Origin: a bacterium
GTDB lineage: Bacteria > SAR324 > NAC60-12
Assembly: GCA_965205865.1 (NCBI GenBank)
Contig: CBDBHR010000016.1
Coordinates: forward strand, 1-50,654
Direction: 5' to 3'
Length of the DNA: 50,654 nucleotides
In this document: positions 10,395-19,193 of the stretch, one piece after another
How positions within the stretch are numbered: position 1 is the first letter of the stretch
How the letters are laid out: the number at the start of each line of letters is the position of its first letter
Notes under the pieces: model-generated
Database searches by the model: none
Seen by the model: only the letters and a program-made list of their open reading frames with translations
Told to the model about the DNA's origin: nothing
Translations under genes and position numbers: made by a program

Positions 10395-11482
10395 GAATGT
10401 TGGACTTTGATACAGCAATAAATCTATTCAAGACCGATGGAATTCGAGAACTCTCATCAACAGCTGAGGGGATGCGGTTTTTGAAACTGCGCTCATTATC
10501 TCGAAAAGACCAACTGGAGTGTTTAATTAATAGATTTGAGATAGAAATAGGTAACGTAAATTTCAGGGGGTGGCTGAAGTTAATTTATAAATCAGGTGTA
10601 AAATCAGAAGATATAGATGAAATTATACTGGAACTGTATAAAAACGAACGAAGAGGCAGAAGAAAGAACGAAAAGCAGTTAGTTAATGAGTTGTATAAAG
10701 TTCAGTCTTTTGAATGGGGAGGTCTGCATCAGAATAGCTTGGAAACAACAATTGTAGACAATTATGTGAAGAAAATAACCTCCTTTGATGTCTTGTGCAA
10801 CGAAATAGAAAATGGGCTACATGATAGTATGCGTGCTTATGTATTGGCTTCTTGGTACAACCATTGGAGTTCAATTATCATTGAAGACGTTTTTAAGGAC
10901 AATGAGAAAGTGATTCCAGCAGTAGGACTGATAAAAAAGATTGATTTTTTTGTTAATGATAAACCGTTTGATTTGAAGGTCACATACTTACCTGAAGGAT
11001 ACATTAAAGTCTATCGAAAATCCTGTGGCTTACGTCCTGAATTAACGTTAATGAAAGGGTTGGCTAGAAGGTTAAATGTGGGATTTGACACTTCCGTAGC
11101 CGACTCAGTGCTAATCCCCGATCTATGGCGAAAACTAGATGACAATCCGGAAGATTGTGCACGTGAATTAATCAACGAGTTACAGGAATGCAGGGAAATG
11201 TTGCTAAATGAGTGTGTCGCAAATCCAAAGTCGCTGGTTCGATGGCTTTATGAAAATCAAGGATTAAGACGATTCGATGCTTCAAATCGCTTGTTCTTAG
11301 TGCTTGTAGACAAAAGCAACTTTTTTGATTCTTGGAAACTAAAAAGAGCTAGACCTCTAATTTCAGCCACAGTAAACAATTATCTTGACCAAATCAGCAA
11401 AAAAATAGGCTTCCAACTCGAGTTTGTTTGGGAAGGAGACACTTATTTGACCGAATCAGATGTAATATTCGTTGTTAAGTAG
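10388..11482 (+). CDS. Putative type II restriction endonuclease (PD-(D/E)xK)
   Basis: Coupled to the MTase; candidate catalytic segment IIEDVF…KIDFFVNDKPFDLKVT. Confidence 0.75.
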   Translation: MLRMLDFDTAINLFKTDGIRELSSTAEGMRFLKLRSLSRKDQLECLINRFEIEIGNVNFRGWLKLIYKSGVKSEDIDEIILELYKNERRGRRKNEKQLVNELYKVQSFEWGGLHQNSLETTIVDNYVKKITSFDVLCNEIENGLHDSMRAYVLASWYNHWSSIIIEDVFKDNEKVIPAVGLIKKIDFFVNDKPFDLKVTYLPEGYIKVYRKSCGLRPELTLMKGLARRLNVGFDTSVADSVLIPDLWRKLDDNPEDCARELINELQECREMLLNECVANPKSLVRWLYENQGLRRFDASNRLFLVLVDKSNFFDSWKLKRARPLISATVNNYLDQISKKIGFQLEFVWEGDTYLTESDVIFVVK

Positions 11483-11566
11483 GGAAGGGGTCAGAAGGGG
11501 GTCAGGCCTTTGATTAGATGAAAAGGGAGCAAAAAAACTAGACTCGTTCCTAATCAAATAATTAAA

Positions 11567-12256
11567 GTCACCGTAAAGAACTGACTTATAGTGGTTTCCA
11601 GCCACCTTTCGTCATTCCTCCGGTACAGATCCGGACGTGCGCTGCTAACGCATCCGGCTCCTGCTTCGAGTCAGACGCTCAAACGTTGCCGTTTGGCGCA
11701 CCCTGCTTGAACCGCTCTCTGATTTTACCGGCCTCTGAGTTCCGAACACAGGAGGACAAGCAGAATTCCTCTCAGCCAAGTCCCTTTGCTCCACAGGCTC
11801 CGTTGATTTCCTTTGCATTGTTACTCTACAAACGATCTCATTGTTCGCCGCTTCATCGCTACTACGAACTTGTCCGACTTCCTGAAGACGTAGATATCGG
11901 GGTTATTTATTAATTTTCCCGATCCGACTACCAATGGAATGTTGACAGTCATCCTCAGGATCTCCCAGGTTCCGATCAAGAAACTTCCACACATGCACCG
12001 GGTCTTTGACTCCGCCAGGCTCAGCCGAGACTCACGCTAATGCCTTCGGTTGATCTTGCCTTCCCCACCAGACCACAAGGTCAGCGCCTGAAACTATGAT
12101 TTCGGAGCTCAATACCGAGCCTGTGTTCTCCCCTGTCAACGCTTAGCGCCTATCCTTGCGAATAACCACTCATGACTCGGGGACTCGGCGGGTCGTTACT
12201 GCCTTACCGAGTAAGAGACTTTCACTCTCTATTTCTTGTCAGCTTTCCTGGCGCAC
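11567..12256 (-). ncRNA. ORF-less group II intron (IIB-like, resembles bacterial class E), 690 nt
   Basis: 5' end GTGCGCCAGGAAAG at 12256. Domain V GAGCCGGATGCGTTAGCAGCGCACGTCCGGATC (11628-11660). Domain VI stem with a bulged A 8 nt from the …GAC 3' end (11567). EBS1 GGUCUG (12069-12074) pairs with the 5' exon CAGGCC. Confidence 0.9.
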
Positions 12257-12360
12257 GGCCTGAACCCGTTTCCATTGGCACATGGCTACTCTAGTGAGAA
12301 ATCTTGAATGGAAAAAACGAACGAATCATTTTTTGCAAACTTGCAAGCCTGACCCCCTTC

Positions 12361-12669
12361 AAGTCCATGATTCTTTCGGTCAAAGGTGGGAAGACCGTAA
12401 GACCAGTGGACATCAGAGAACTAAGGGGGAGTCTTGAAAGAGAAGATGATACCGTCATGGCTGGGTACCTCTCAATGACTGATCCCAGTAAGAAGATACT
12501 AGAAGAAGCGGACAGCGCAGGAACCTATGAACATCTTGGAATCAAGTACCCCCGGATTCAATGTCTGACAGTATCTCAAATATTAGAAGGGCAGTTAGAT
12601 TTCAAAACACCTTCTAAGATTGGAACCAAGATTGCCACAGGGCAACAAAATCTGAATCTGGACCTATAG
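12361..12669 (+). pseudogene. C-terminal fragment of an Mrr-like endonuclease domain (as in MTase-Mrr fusions)
   Basis: ILSVKGGKTVRPVDIRELRGSLERE…AGYLSM…EADSAG…YPRIQCLTVSQILEG. The homologous part begins right after the repeat ending at 12360. Confidence 0.7.
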
Positions 12670-12682
12670 GGAATAAAATAGC

Positions 12683-12747
12683 CGAATCATGCTTCAAATA
12701 CAACCATAGACGTAATAAAAACATGTTCACAGACATGGTCAAACTTT
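12683..12747 (+). pseudogene. 3'-terminal fragment of an IS1595 transposase related to the one at 2-778
   Basis: 12683-12712 is identical to 700-729 (30 bp); similarity continues to aaacttt. Confidence 0.85.
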
Positions 12748-12813
12748 ATGAAACATCCCGTCTGAATATTGAAGAAGAAAAGACTTTTAGTTCATATTTC
12801 AACAAACCATTTA

Positions 12814-13137
12814 TTACTTTGAAACAGGAAATAAATAATTTGCGACAATAACAAATAAGGCCAGAATATTAGCAGTTGTGGTACCAAGAAGTGTTATGAT
12901 GATTGTATCTGAAAGATAAAATTTTATAGATGTGAATCCGTGAAAAATTAAAACCGACCCGACAAAAATCAGCCAACCACTATTAAATACAGATATCAAT
13001 ATCGCATAATTTTTTTTCTGAGAAATTTTTTGTTTAAGAAGTTCTAGTTCTAGTTTTAAATGTTCTTTTTCAAATTCTGTATATTCATTTGTACTGTCTT
13101 GATATTTTTCTTCAAGATTTCCCGGGTCTTTAAGCAT
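12814..13137 (-). CDS. Small two-TM membrane protein coupled to the Panacea gene (candidate toxin/effector)
   Basis: Charged N-terminus and two hydrophobic helices; 1-bp TGATG overlap with the upstream gene. Confidence 0.75.
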   Translation of the reverse strand: MLKDPGNLEEKYQDSTNEYTEFEKEHLKLELELLKQKISQKKNYAILISVFNSGWLIFVGSVLIFHGFTSIKFYLSDTIIITLLGTTTANILALFVIVANYLFPVSK

Positions 13138-13637
13138 CAGAATTTTTTATAATACTCTTGAATTAAACTATCTTTGATTACACTTTCATTATTAACATGG
13201 GCTTGATACCATGGGGTACCTTCTTCATGAGTTAAATTTGAAAGCTCAATAGCTGTATATTTCCCGTAGATTTTCCAAACTTCATCAACAAATTTCAGAA
13301 TTTCTTTTTCTTTGACTACGGGCGTGTACATATCGGCTTTCAGAATGTTATTGTCTATATTTTGAAACCTTTTTTTTAAATCCACAGTCGTTCCTTTTTC
13401 TGTAATATAATTATGTCCGTATATTTTAAATTCTTCGTATACAGAGATTATAACAGGCCCATACTTCCATGCTCTGACACGTTCATGAATTAGTGGGAAA
13501 TCTTGAATTGCAAGATAATATCCATGAGCGATATAAATCAGTTTCTGAAGTTTCATGTGCGTAATTTTATTTTCTGATTTTTTGGCTGCATCCAAAAATT
13601 CATTGGCGATAGCAAGGGCTTCGTATGTTTTTTTCAT
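13137..13637 (-). CDS. Panacea/SocA-like antitoxin domain protein (DUF4065/GepA)
   Basis: ALAIANEFL, ITHMKLQKLIYIAHG, RAWKYGPVI, YGKYTAIELSNLTHEEGTPW. Confidence 0.92.
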   Translation of the reverse strand: MKKTYEALAIANEFLDAAKKSENKITHMKLQKLIYIAHGYYLAIQDFPLIHERVRAWKYGPVIISVYEEFKIYGHNYITEKGTTVDLKKRFQNIDNNILKADMYTPVVKEKEILKFVDEVWKIYGKYTAIELSNLTHEEGTPWYQAHVNNESVIKDSLIQEYYKKF

Positions 13638-13887
13638 TTCAGAAAAAGAATATAAGATTGATAGATATTAATCATAATCTTCGGGGAGAGCTCTAAGAAA
13701 AAACACAGAAATGCTCTCTAACATTTGTAGAACATATACAGTGATTTATTACAATGTCAATAAGTTTTTTTATGGGCGGAATCGGGGTCAAATCGGGGTC
13801 AGGCTTGCAAGTTTGAATCGGGGTCAGGCTTGCAAGTTTGCAAAAATGGGGTATTTTTTTAAATTTTAACCTTTTCAATTTGCCAAG

Positions 13888-14161
13888 ATGTCTCTGAAAC
13901 TGCGTTTGTAGTACCCTGGTGCGCTTTATTATGTGATACTTGCGAGGCAATGGGGGCAACGTATTTTTTCGATGACAGCGACTCTCGTCGCTTTTATCAG
14001 TCTTCGATTGGAAATCTGCAACAATCCGGGAAGTGGCAAATGCTCTCAAGCGAGATGATGCTACTTTCAGTCGTGGAGTGTATAAGTTGAGAGAAAGATT
14101 GAAGGAATCCACAAATCTCCAAGAACGGTTAAAAGAACTCCACCTAAAAATGTTTTCTTAA
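13888..14161 (+). pseudogene. Internally deleted Y1/HUH (RAYT-like) transposase with C-terminal DnaA-like HTH
   Basis: The N-terminus MSLKLRL*YPGALYYVIL/RGNG/GQRIFFDDSD (stop and frameshifts) is joined to the C-terminus ATIREVANALKRDDATFSRGVYKLRERL. It is bounded by inverted GGGGTCAGGCTTGCAAGTTTGC repeats. Confidence 0.8.
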
Positions 14162-14188
14162 ATTCGCAAACTTGCAAGCCTGACCCCT

Positions 14189-14275
14189 TCACACGATCAA
14201 TATAATATCGTCTTCGAGACAAAGCTCTACTTCCAAGAGCCGAAAGTTCTGAACTGTGATATCTTTGATTCTCAT
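14189..14275 (-). pseudogene. N-terminal stub of an ABC/AAA ATPase (OLD/AAA_15-like), cut before Walker A
   Basis: MRIKDITVQNFRLLEVELCLEDDIILIV*; the stop codon overlaps the repeat end at 14190. Confidence 0.6.
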
Positions 14276-14594
14276 TTTAGGCGCAGGTTGTGGACACGCA
14301 TCTTCGCGGTCATCGGTAGTGTCTCATTTTGAAAATCCCAGCTGAATAAGTTTTGTAAATTAAACTTGAAATATATTATATTTTATTCAATTTGGACTTT
14401 GTAGAATCCGCAATAGAACCTACGATTTTGTTTGTCGGGTTACTTGATGAATAAAAAAGTCCATTCTGATGTTTGGGAGTAGCTCTCCGAAGCAGGACGA
14501 ATAATCGGGACAATACACATTCAAATGTGGGTTTTGTTGCAGTAGCCCGGCCTTCTGCAAAGGCGCCACACGCAACCCTGAATGAGAGTGAGTT

Positions 14595-15302
14595 ATGAAG
14601 TACTTGATTATTGTTTTAATGGCAATGAGTTTATCGGTGTGTACGACACATCAACAATCAACCTCTAATCTGGTTCAGGGAGTTCCTGATCCAAATAAAG
14701 TGCAAGCAAGAGTCGGGACAATAAAAGATTCTGTTTCAGTTCCCCAGCTGCCTGAAGTAAAGGAAGAAGTTAGAGAGCCTGAAATTCTGTCTTTGGAAGA
14801 CAAGTTGAGAAGGCTGTTTGTCGATTGCATCATCGAAATAAAAATGCATGATGTTTCCGGGACGGATAGAATACATGATACAGATTTGGATGCTGATAAA
14901 TATCCTGATGGATCATCAATAACCATTGTTGCTTTATGGGATGAAGACGTTCATGAACGTTGTAGTCTAATTTACATGAGAGGAGGAAATCGTAATGATG
15001 GAGGAAAATACAAAGCGCTTTATCGTATTGTCCATGAAGAAGAAGGTATGATTTCTCTTGATTTTATGATTTTTGAAGTGAGAAGGGATTCATTTGGTTA
15101 TGATAATTTATTATTACAAATTACCGGACCTTCTATCAAAAAAGTAACAGCGGATAAAATCAACTGGAATCGTGATCATGAAGTAAATTTTGGGAATATC
15201 CAGAAAATTAGCAGAGCGTATTTTAGTAGTTTTTTTCCTGCTATTCATCAAGAAATGAAGGAAATTGTTTTTAAACGGTGGGAAGAAAAAGCGGAAAAAT
15301 AA
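14595..15302 (+). CDS. Exported hypothetical protein, possibly a lipoprotein
   Basis: Signal-like MKYLIIVLMAMSLSVC; 235-aa ORF with no recognised domain. Confidence 0.75.
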   Translation: MKYLIIVLMAMSLSVCTTHQQSTSNLVQGVPDPNKVQARVGTIKDSVSVPQLPEVKEEVREPEILSLEDKLRRLFVDCIIEIKMHDVSGTDRIHDTDLDADKYPDGSSITIVALWDEDVHERCSLIYMRGGNRNDGGKYKALYRIVHEEEGMISLDFMIFEVRRDSFGYDNLLLQITGPSIKKVTADKINWNRDHEVNFGNIQKISRAYFSSFFPAIHQEMKEIVFKRWEEKAEK

Positions 15303-15306
15303 CTTA

Positions 15307-16232
15307 GAACTTATCCTTAAATAACTTGAAAATTGGTATTTCCTGCATTATTTTTGTCATCATGTTCAACCATAAACGCATGGAGGCTATATGGCAAAAG
15401 TACAGTCGTGGGAAGTATCTGATTCATTTTGGGCCAGAGTGGAGCCACTGATACCAAAACCCAAACGTGACCCGAACAAGACCTACAAGCGCAAACCCGG
15501 TGGTGGTAGAAAGCCAATGCCTGCGCGCCAAATTTTCGAGGGAATTGTATATGTTTTGCGCACCGGTTGTCAATGGAGAGCCCTTCCCAAGGAAAAATAT
15601 GGGAGTCCTAGTGCCATCCATGCTCATTTCATGCGTTGGAATGAAGCGGGTTTCTTTTTGTCGCTTTGGCAAGCCGGACTTGCCGAATATGATGAGATGG
15701 AAGGGATCTCCTGGAAATGGCAAAGCATAGACGGCACGACTGTCAAAGCCCCACTGGCTCAGGAAACCGTTGGTCGAAACCCGACTGACAGGGGAAAAAA
15801 AAGGGAGCAAGCGTCATTTGCTGGTTGACGGCCGTGGTGTCCCGCTGTCCCTCGTCGTAACCGGGGCGAACCGGCATGATGTGACACAGTTGGAATTGGT
15901 CTTGGAGGAAATCGTCATTGCGCGGCCTGAGGGCATTGAACAACACCTGTGCGCAGACAAAGGCTACCACGGTGAGCCAGCATCACAGATCATTCGATCC
16001 AATGATTATGTGCCACATGTGAAAAAACGGGGTGAAGAGATTCAAGAAAAAAAAGCAAATCCCCAATACAGACCCAGAAGATGGGTCGTCGAGGTGAGCC
16101 ATTCATGGTTCAACAGGTTTCGCAAGATAATGGTCCGATTCGAAAAATATAATCAAACTTATCTCGCACTGCTTCAATTGGCTGCAGCTATCATAACTTA
16201 CAGGAAAGTTAATGTTATTTAAGGATAAATTC
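15307..16232 (+). mobile_element. IS5-family insertion sequence
   Basis: Inverted repeats gaacttatccttaaataac / gttatttaaggataaattc (one mismatch); TTA on both flanks (15304-15306 and 16233-16235). Confidence 0.92.
15391..16222 (+). CDS. IS5-family transposase split into two frames at a G4A8G3 tract
   Basis: ORF1 YVLRTGCQWRALP…SIDGTTVKAP…DRGK; ORF2 GSKRHLLVDGRGVP…ADKGY…RWVVEVSHSWFNRFR; tract at 15791-15805. Confidence 0.92.
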
Positions 16233-16416
16233 TTAACTAAACGGGTTTTTCAGAGACCTGAATAGTTACCATAAAATCAAAAAAAATCAATTAACTTCTG
16301 AAAATGGAGAAATTATGAGACGTGCAATGAATCAAAACCAATTCACTTCCAATAAAGGAGGAGCTATGGAAAATCCAAGGAATCATAACCCAAATCAATA
16401 CGAAAGCGGAGGAATC

Positions 16417-18210
16417 ATGGAAAAAAGTAAAACAAGAACAATCCAATCATTGTTGTTAACCCTTATCCTTATGGTGGCTGCTCTCGGGGTCGGTCCGGCA
16501 GCTGCTGAGAAAAAGATGGTCAAAGACCCCTCCACTGGCGAGATGGTGACCGCGCCCGAGTATGGCGGGACATTGACCTTTGCCAATCGAGGCTGCGGGT
16601 CGACTTATTATATTGACAGTTGGTTCGGCGGCTTCGCCGGTTCCACCCAGGCCGGCGTCACGGAGAAGCTTGGCATCGGCAGGTGGGAAATAGATCGCGA
16701 CGAATTTAACCTGCAAAGCGGCTACGTTCCTCTTTCTGTCATCAGAGGCTCGGTGGCCGAGAGCTGGGAACTACCCGATCCGAAAACCTATATTTTCCAT
16801 ATCCGCGAGGGCATTCGCTGGCATAACAAGGCCCCTATGAATGGGAGAGAATTGATCGCTAAGGACGTAGAATTCAACTGGCACCGTATGGCGGGCCTGG
16901 GCGAATTCAGCGAAACCGGAGGAAGCCCCCATCAAGGCCAGATCACCGCCATCCCCTTTGAATCGGTAACGGCTACTGATCGGTATACGGTTGTTTTCAA
17001 GACGACGGAGGCACAAACCGATACACTGAGGAATCTCCTCATCCACCACGCCGCTTGGGTATACCCGCCCGAGGTCCTCAAGGAGCACGGCGATCTCAAG
17101 GACTGGAGGCATTTGGTCGGTACCGGGCCCTACATGCTCACCGATATCGTCGATGGCAGCTCTACGACCTTTACCAAGAATCCTGACTACTGGGGCTTCG
17201 ATGAAAAATACCCGGAGAACCGCTTGCCCTACATTGACCAGTTAACGGGCCTGTTTATGGGGGAAGAGGCAACGATTGTGGCGGGATTGCGCTCGGGTAA
17301 GGTGGATTACATCGGTCTGCCCGGCGGTTGTGGCGCTCAACTAGGTTCTATCGACCAGGCAGTGAGTCTCCGGGAAAACAACCCGGAACTCATGCTGACC
17401 CCGTGGGCCTATCGCGCGGAGAATGCTTTTACTTTTAAAATCATGGAGCCTCCCTTTAATGATATCAGGGTGCGCCAGGCCATGCAGATGGCATTGGACC
17501 TCGAGACCATTAACACGAAGTACTATAAGGGCTTTGCCGACACAACCCCTCGCACGAAGATTGGAGATTCGCTTGCCGGTTTTACCGTCCCGTTTGATGA
17601 GTGGCCCGAAGCGGTCAAGAAAGTCTATCAATATGACCCGGAAGGGGCGAAGCAACTTCTGGCGGAAGCGGGCTATCCCAATGGCTTCAAGACCAACTTA
17701 ACTGCTTTAGATAGATTTGATATAAACTACGCCCAATTAGCAGCCTCCTACTGGGGTAAGATTGGCGTTGATGTCGAGATCACCCTGTTGGACCGACCTG
17801 CTTTTATTGCCGCTGTGCAAGGACTGACTTATGAAGGTATGGCAAGTTCGGTAGCAGCCTATGATTTTGATGCTTTGGAAACGGTCAGAGAGTACCACTC
17901 GAGCTCTATAGGGAAAACCGGGACCGGACCGAGCACAACCGGACTCAGTGACCCGGTTTACGACGCTTTGTTTGATGCGGCTCAATCCGCTCCCACCGTC
18001 GAGGAGCAGAAGGGACACATTAGAGAGATCGATTTGTACCTCGCCAAGAACCACGTGCAGGTGTGGAGTCCCAAACCCCCACAGTTTAACGTGAACCAGC
18101 CGTGGGTCAAAGGGTATAACGGCGAAATCGACTTGGGATGGGGCGACCGTTCCGTCATCTTCTCCCGCATTTGGATTGACCAGGACCTGAAGAAAGAAAT
18201 GGGGCATTAG
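16417..18210 (+). CDS. Family 5 (DppA/OppA-type) ABC substrate-binding protein
   Basis: Signal peptide, APEYGGTLT, GSVAESWE, VGTGPY, NPDYW, PFNDIRVRQAMQMALD. Alternative in-frame starts back to 16315. Confidence 0.95.
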   Translation: MEKSKTRTIQSLLLTLILMVAALGVGPAAAEKKMVKDPSTGEMVTAPEYGGTLTFANRGCGSTYYIDSWFGGFAGSTQAGVTEKLGIGRWEIDRDEFNLQSGYVPLSVIRGSVAESWELPDPKTYIFHIREGIRWHNKAPMNGRELIAKDVEFNWHRMAGLGEFSETGGSPHQGQITAIPFESVTATDRYTVVFKTTEAQTDTLRNLLIHHAAWVYPPEVLKEHGDLKDWRHLVGTGPYMLTDIVDGSSTTFTKNPDYWGFDEKYPENRLPYIDQLTGLFMGEEATIVAGLRSGKVDYIGLPGGCGAQLGSIDQAVSLRENNPELMLTPWAYRAENAFTFKIMEPPFNDIRVRQAMQMALDLETINTKYYKGFADTTPRTKIGDSLAGFTVPFDEWPEAVKKVYQYDPEGAKQLLAEAGYPNGFKTNLTALDRFDINYAQLAASYWGKIGVDVEITLLDRPAFIAAVQGLTYEGMASSVAAYDFDALETVREYHSSSIGKTGTGPSTTGLSDPVYDALFDAAQSAPTVEEQKGHIREIDLYLAKNHVQVWSPKPPQFNVNQPWVKGYNGEIDLGWGDRSVIFSRIWIDQDLKKEMGH

Positions 18211-18218
18211 GGTCTCCC

Positions 18219-19181
18219 ATGAGAGTCTATATCATCCGGCGGTTGTTGCTCATCATCCCCACCCTGTTCATCTTGAGCATCCTGGTCTTTTTCTCGGTGC
18301 GCTTCATCCCGGGCAATGTCATAGACGCCATGGTGGGCAGGATGGAACACGTGGGGAACTATGGGGAATTAGACCGTGACACGCTCGAGCAGATGCTGGG
18401 ACTGGACGTGCCGGTCTATGCGCAGTATGGACGCTGGATCGGCGGTATTTTCCGGCACGGCACCCTGGGCCAATCACTGTGGGGCGATTGGACGGTAGAA
18501 GAGAAGATCATCGGACGATTGCCGGTCACCCTTGAGCTTGGCCTCCTGGCCATCCTCATCGGGCTGGTGATCGCCCTGCCGGTGGGCATCTACTCGGCCA
18601 TTCGCCAGGATACCGCCGCCGACTACCTGGGGCGCTCGGTTGCCATCATCGGCCTGGCCACGCCCAACTTCTGGCTGGGCATTATGCTGATGATCTACCC
18701 GGCCCTCTGGTGGGGCTGGTCCCCCCCGTTGCAGCTGATTCCTTTCAGCGAAGACCCGTTGGGGAACCTGGGGATGTTCTTCTTTCCCAGCCTTATTCTG
18801 GGGACGGCCATGGCGGCGGCCACCATGCGGATGACGCGCACCATGATGCTGGAGGTGCTCCGGCAGGACTATGTCAGGACAGCCTGGTCCAAGGGGCTCC
18901 GGGAGCGGGTCGTGATTATCCGGCACACCATCAAAAATGCCCTCATCCCGGTTATCACCCTGATCGGCCTGCAGTTGCCGATCCTGGTGGGGGGCTCCGT
19001 GATCATGGAAAACATCTTTAACCTACCGGGGCTCGGGCGTCTGCTGCTGGTTGCCCTCCAGGAAAGAGACTACCCGGTGGTCTCCGGAGTCAACCTGTTT
19101 TTCGCCACCGGGGTGGTGCTGCTCAATCTCCTCATCGACCTGATTTATCCCTATCTGGACCCGAGGGTGCGGTATGAATAG
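18219..19181 (+). CDS. DppB/OppB-type ABC permease
   Basis: YIIRRLL, ATPNFW, EVLRQDYVRTAWSKGL, RDYPVV, DPRVRYE. Confidence 0.95.
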   Translation: MRVYIIRRLLLIIPTLFILSILVFFSVRFIPGNVIDAMVGRMEHVGNYGELDRDTLEQMLGLDVPVYAQYGRWIGGIFRHGTLGQSLWGDWTVEEKIIGRLPVTLELGLLAILIGLVIALPVGIYSAIRQDTAADYLGRSVAIIGLATPNFWLGIMLMIYPALWWGWSPPLQLIPFSEDPLGNLGMFFFPSLILGTAMAAATMRMTRTMMLEVLRQDYVRTAWSKGLRERVVIIRHTIKNALIPVITLIGLQLPILVGGSVIMENIFNLPGLGRLLLVALQERDYPVVSGVNLFFATGVVLLNLLIDLIYPYLDPRVRYE

Positions 19182-19193
19182 TCGCTGGCGCGA

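Larger units (their letters stand above)
11484..14190. repeat. Family of GGGGTCAGGC repeats in tandem and inverted orientation
   Basis: Plus-strand copies: 11484-11493 (partial), 11494-11516, 13780-13790 (partial), 13791-13815, 13816-13848. Minus-strand copies: 11559-11566 + 12257-12267 (split by the intron), 12328-12360, 14166-14190. Confidence 0.92.

Noticed and set aside
11686-11913. 75-aa ORF, and ORFs at 5819-6423
   Set aside because: They lie in or antisense to group II intron RNA domains and are not credible proteins.
13780-13848. Tandem 25-bp repeats as a mini-CRISPR
   Set aside because: The copies abut with no spacers, occur inverted elsewhere, and no cas genes are present.
13693-14112. 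139-aa minus-strand ORF, and the N-terminus of ORF 12304-12669
   Set aside because: The shared FCKLASLTP peptide is only the translation of the DNA repeat; the ORF is antisense to the Y1 transposase remnant.
14470-14580. yybP-ykoY manganese riboswitch
   Set aside because: GGGAGTAGC is present but the matching 3' GAGACC element and P1 partner are not.
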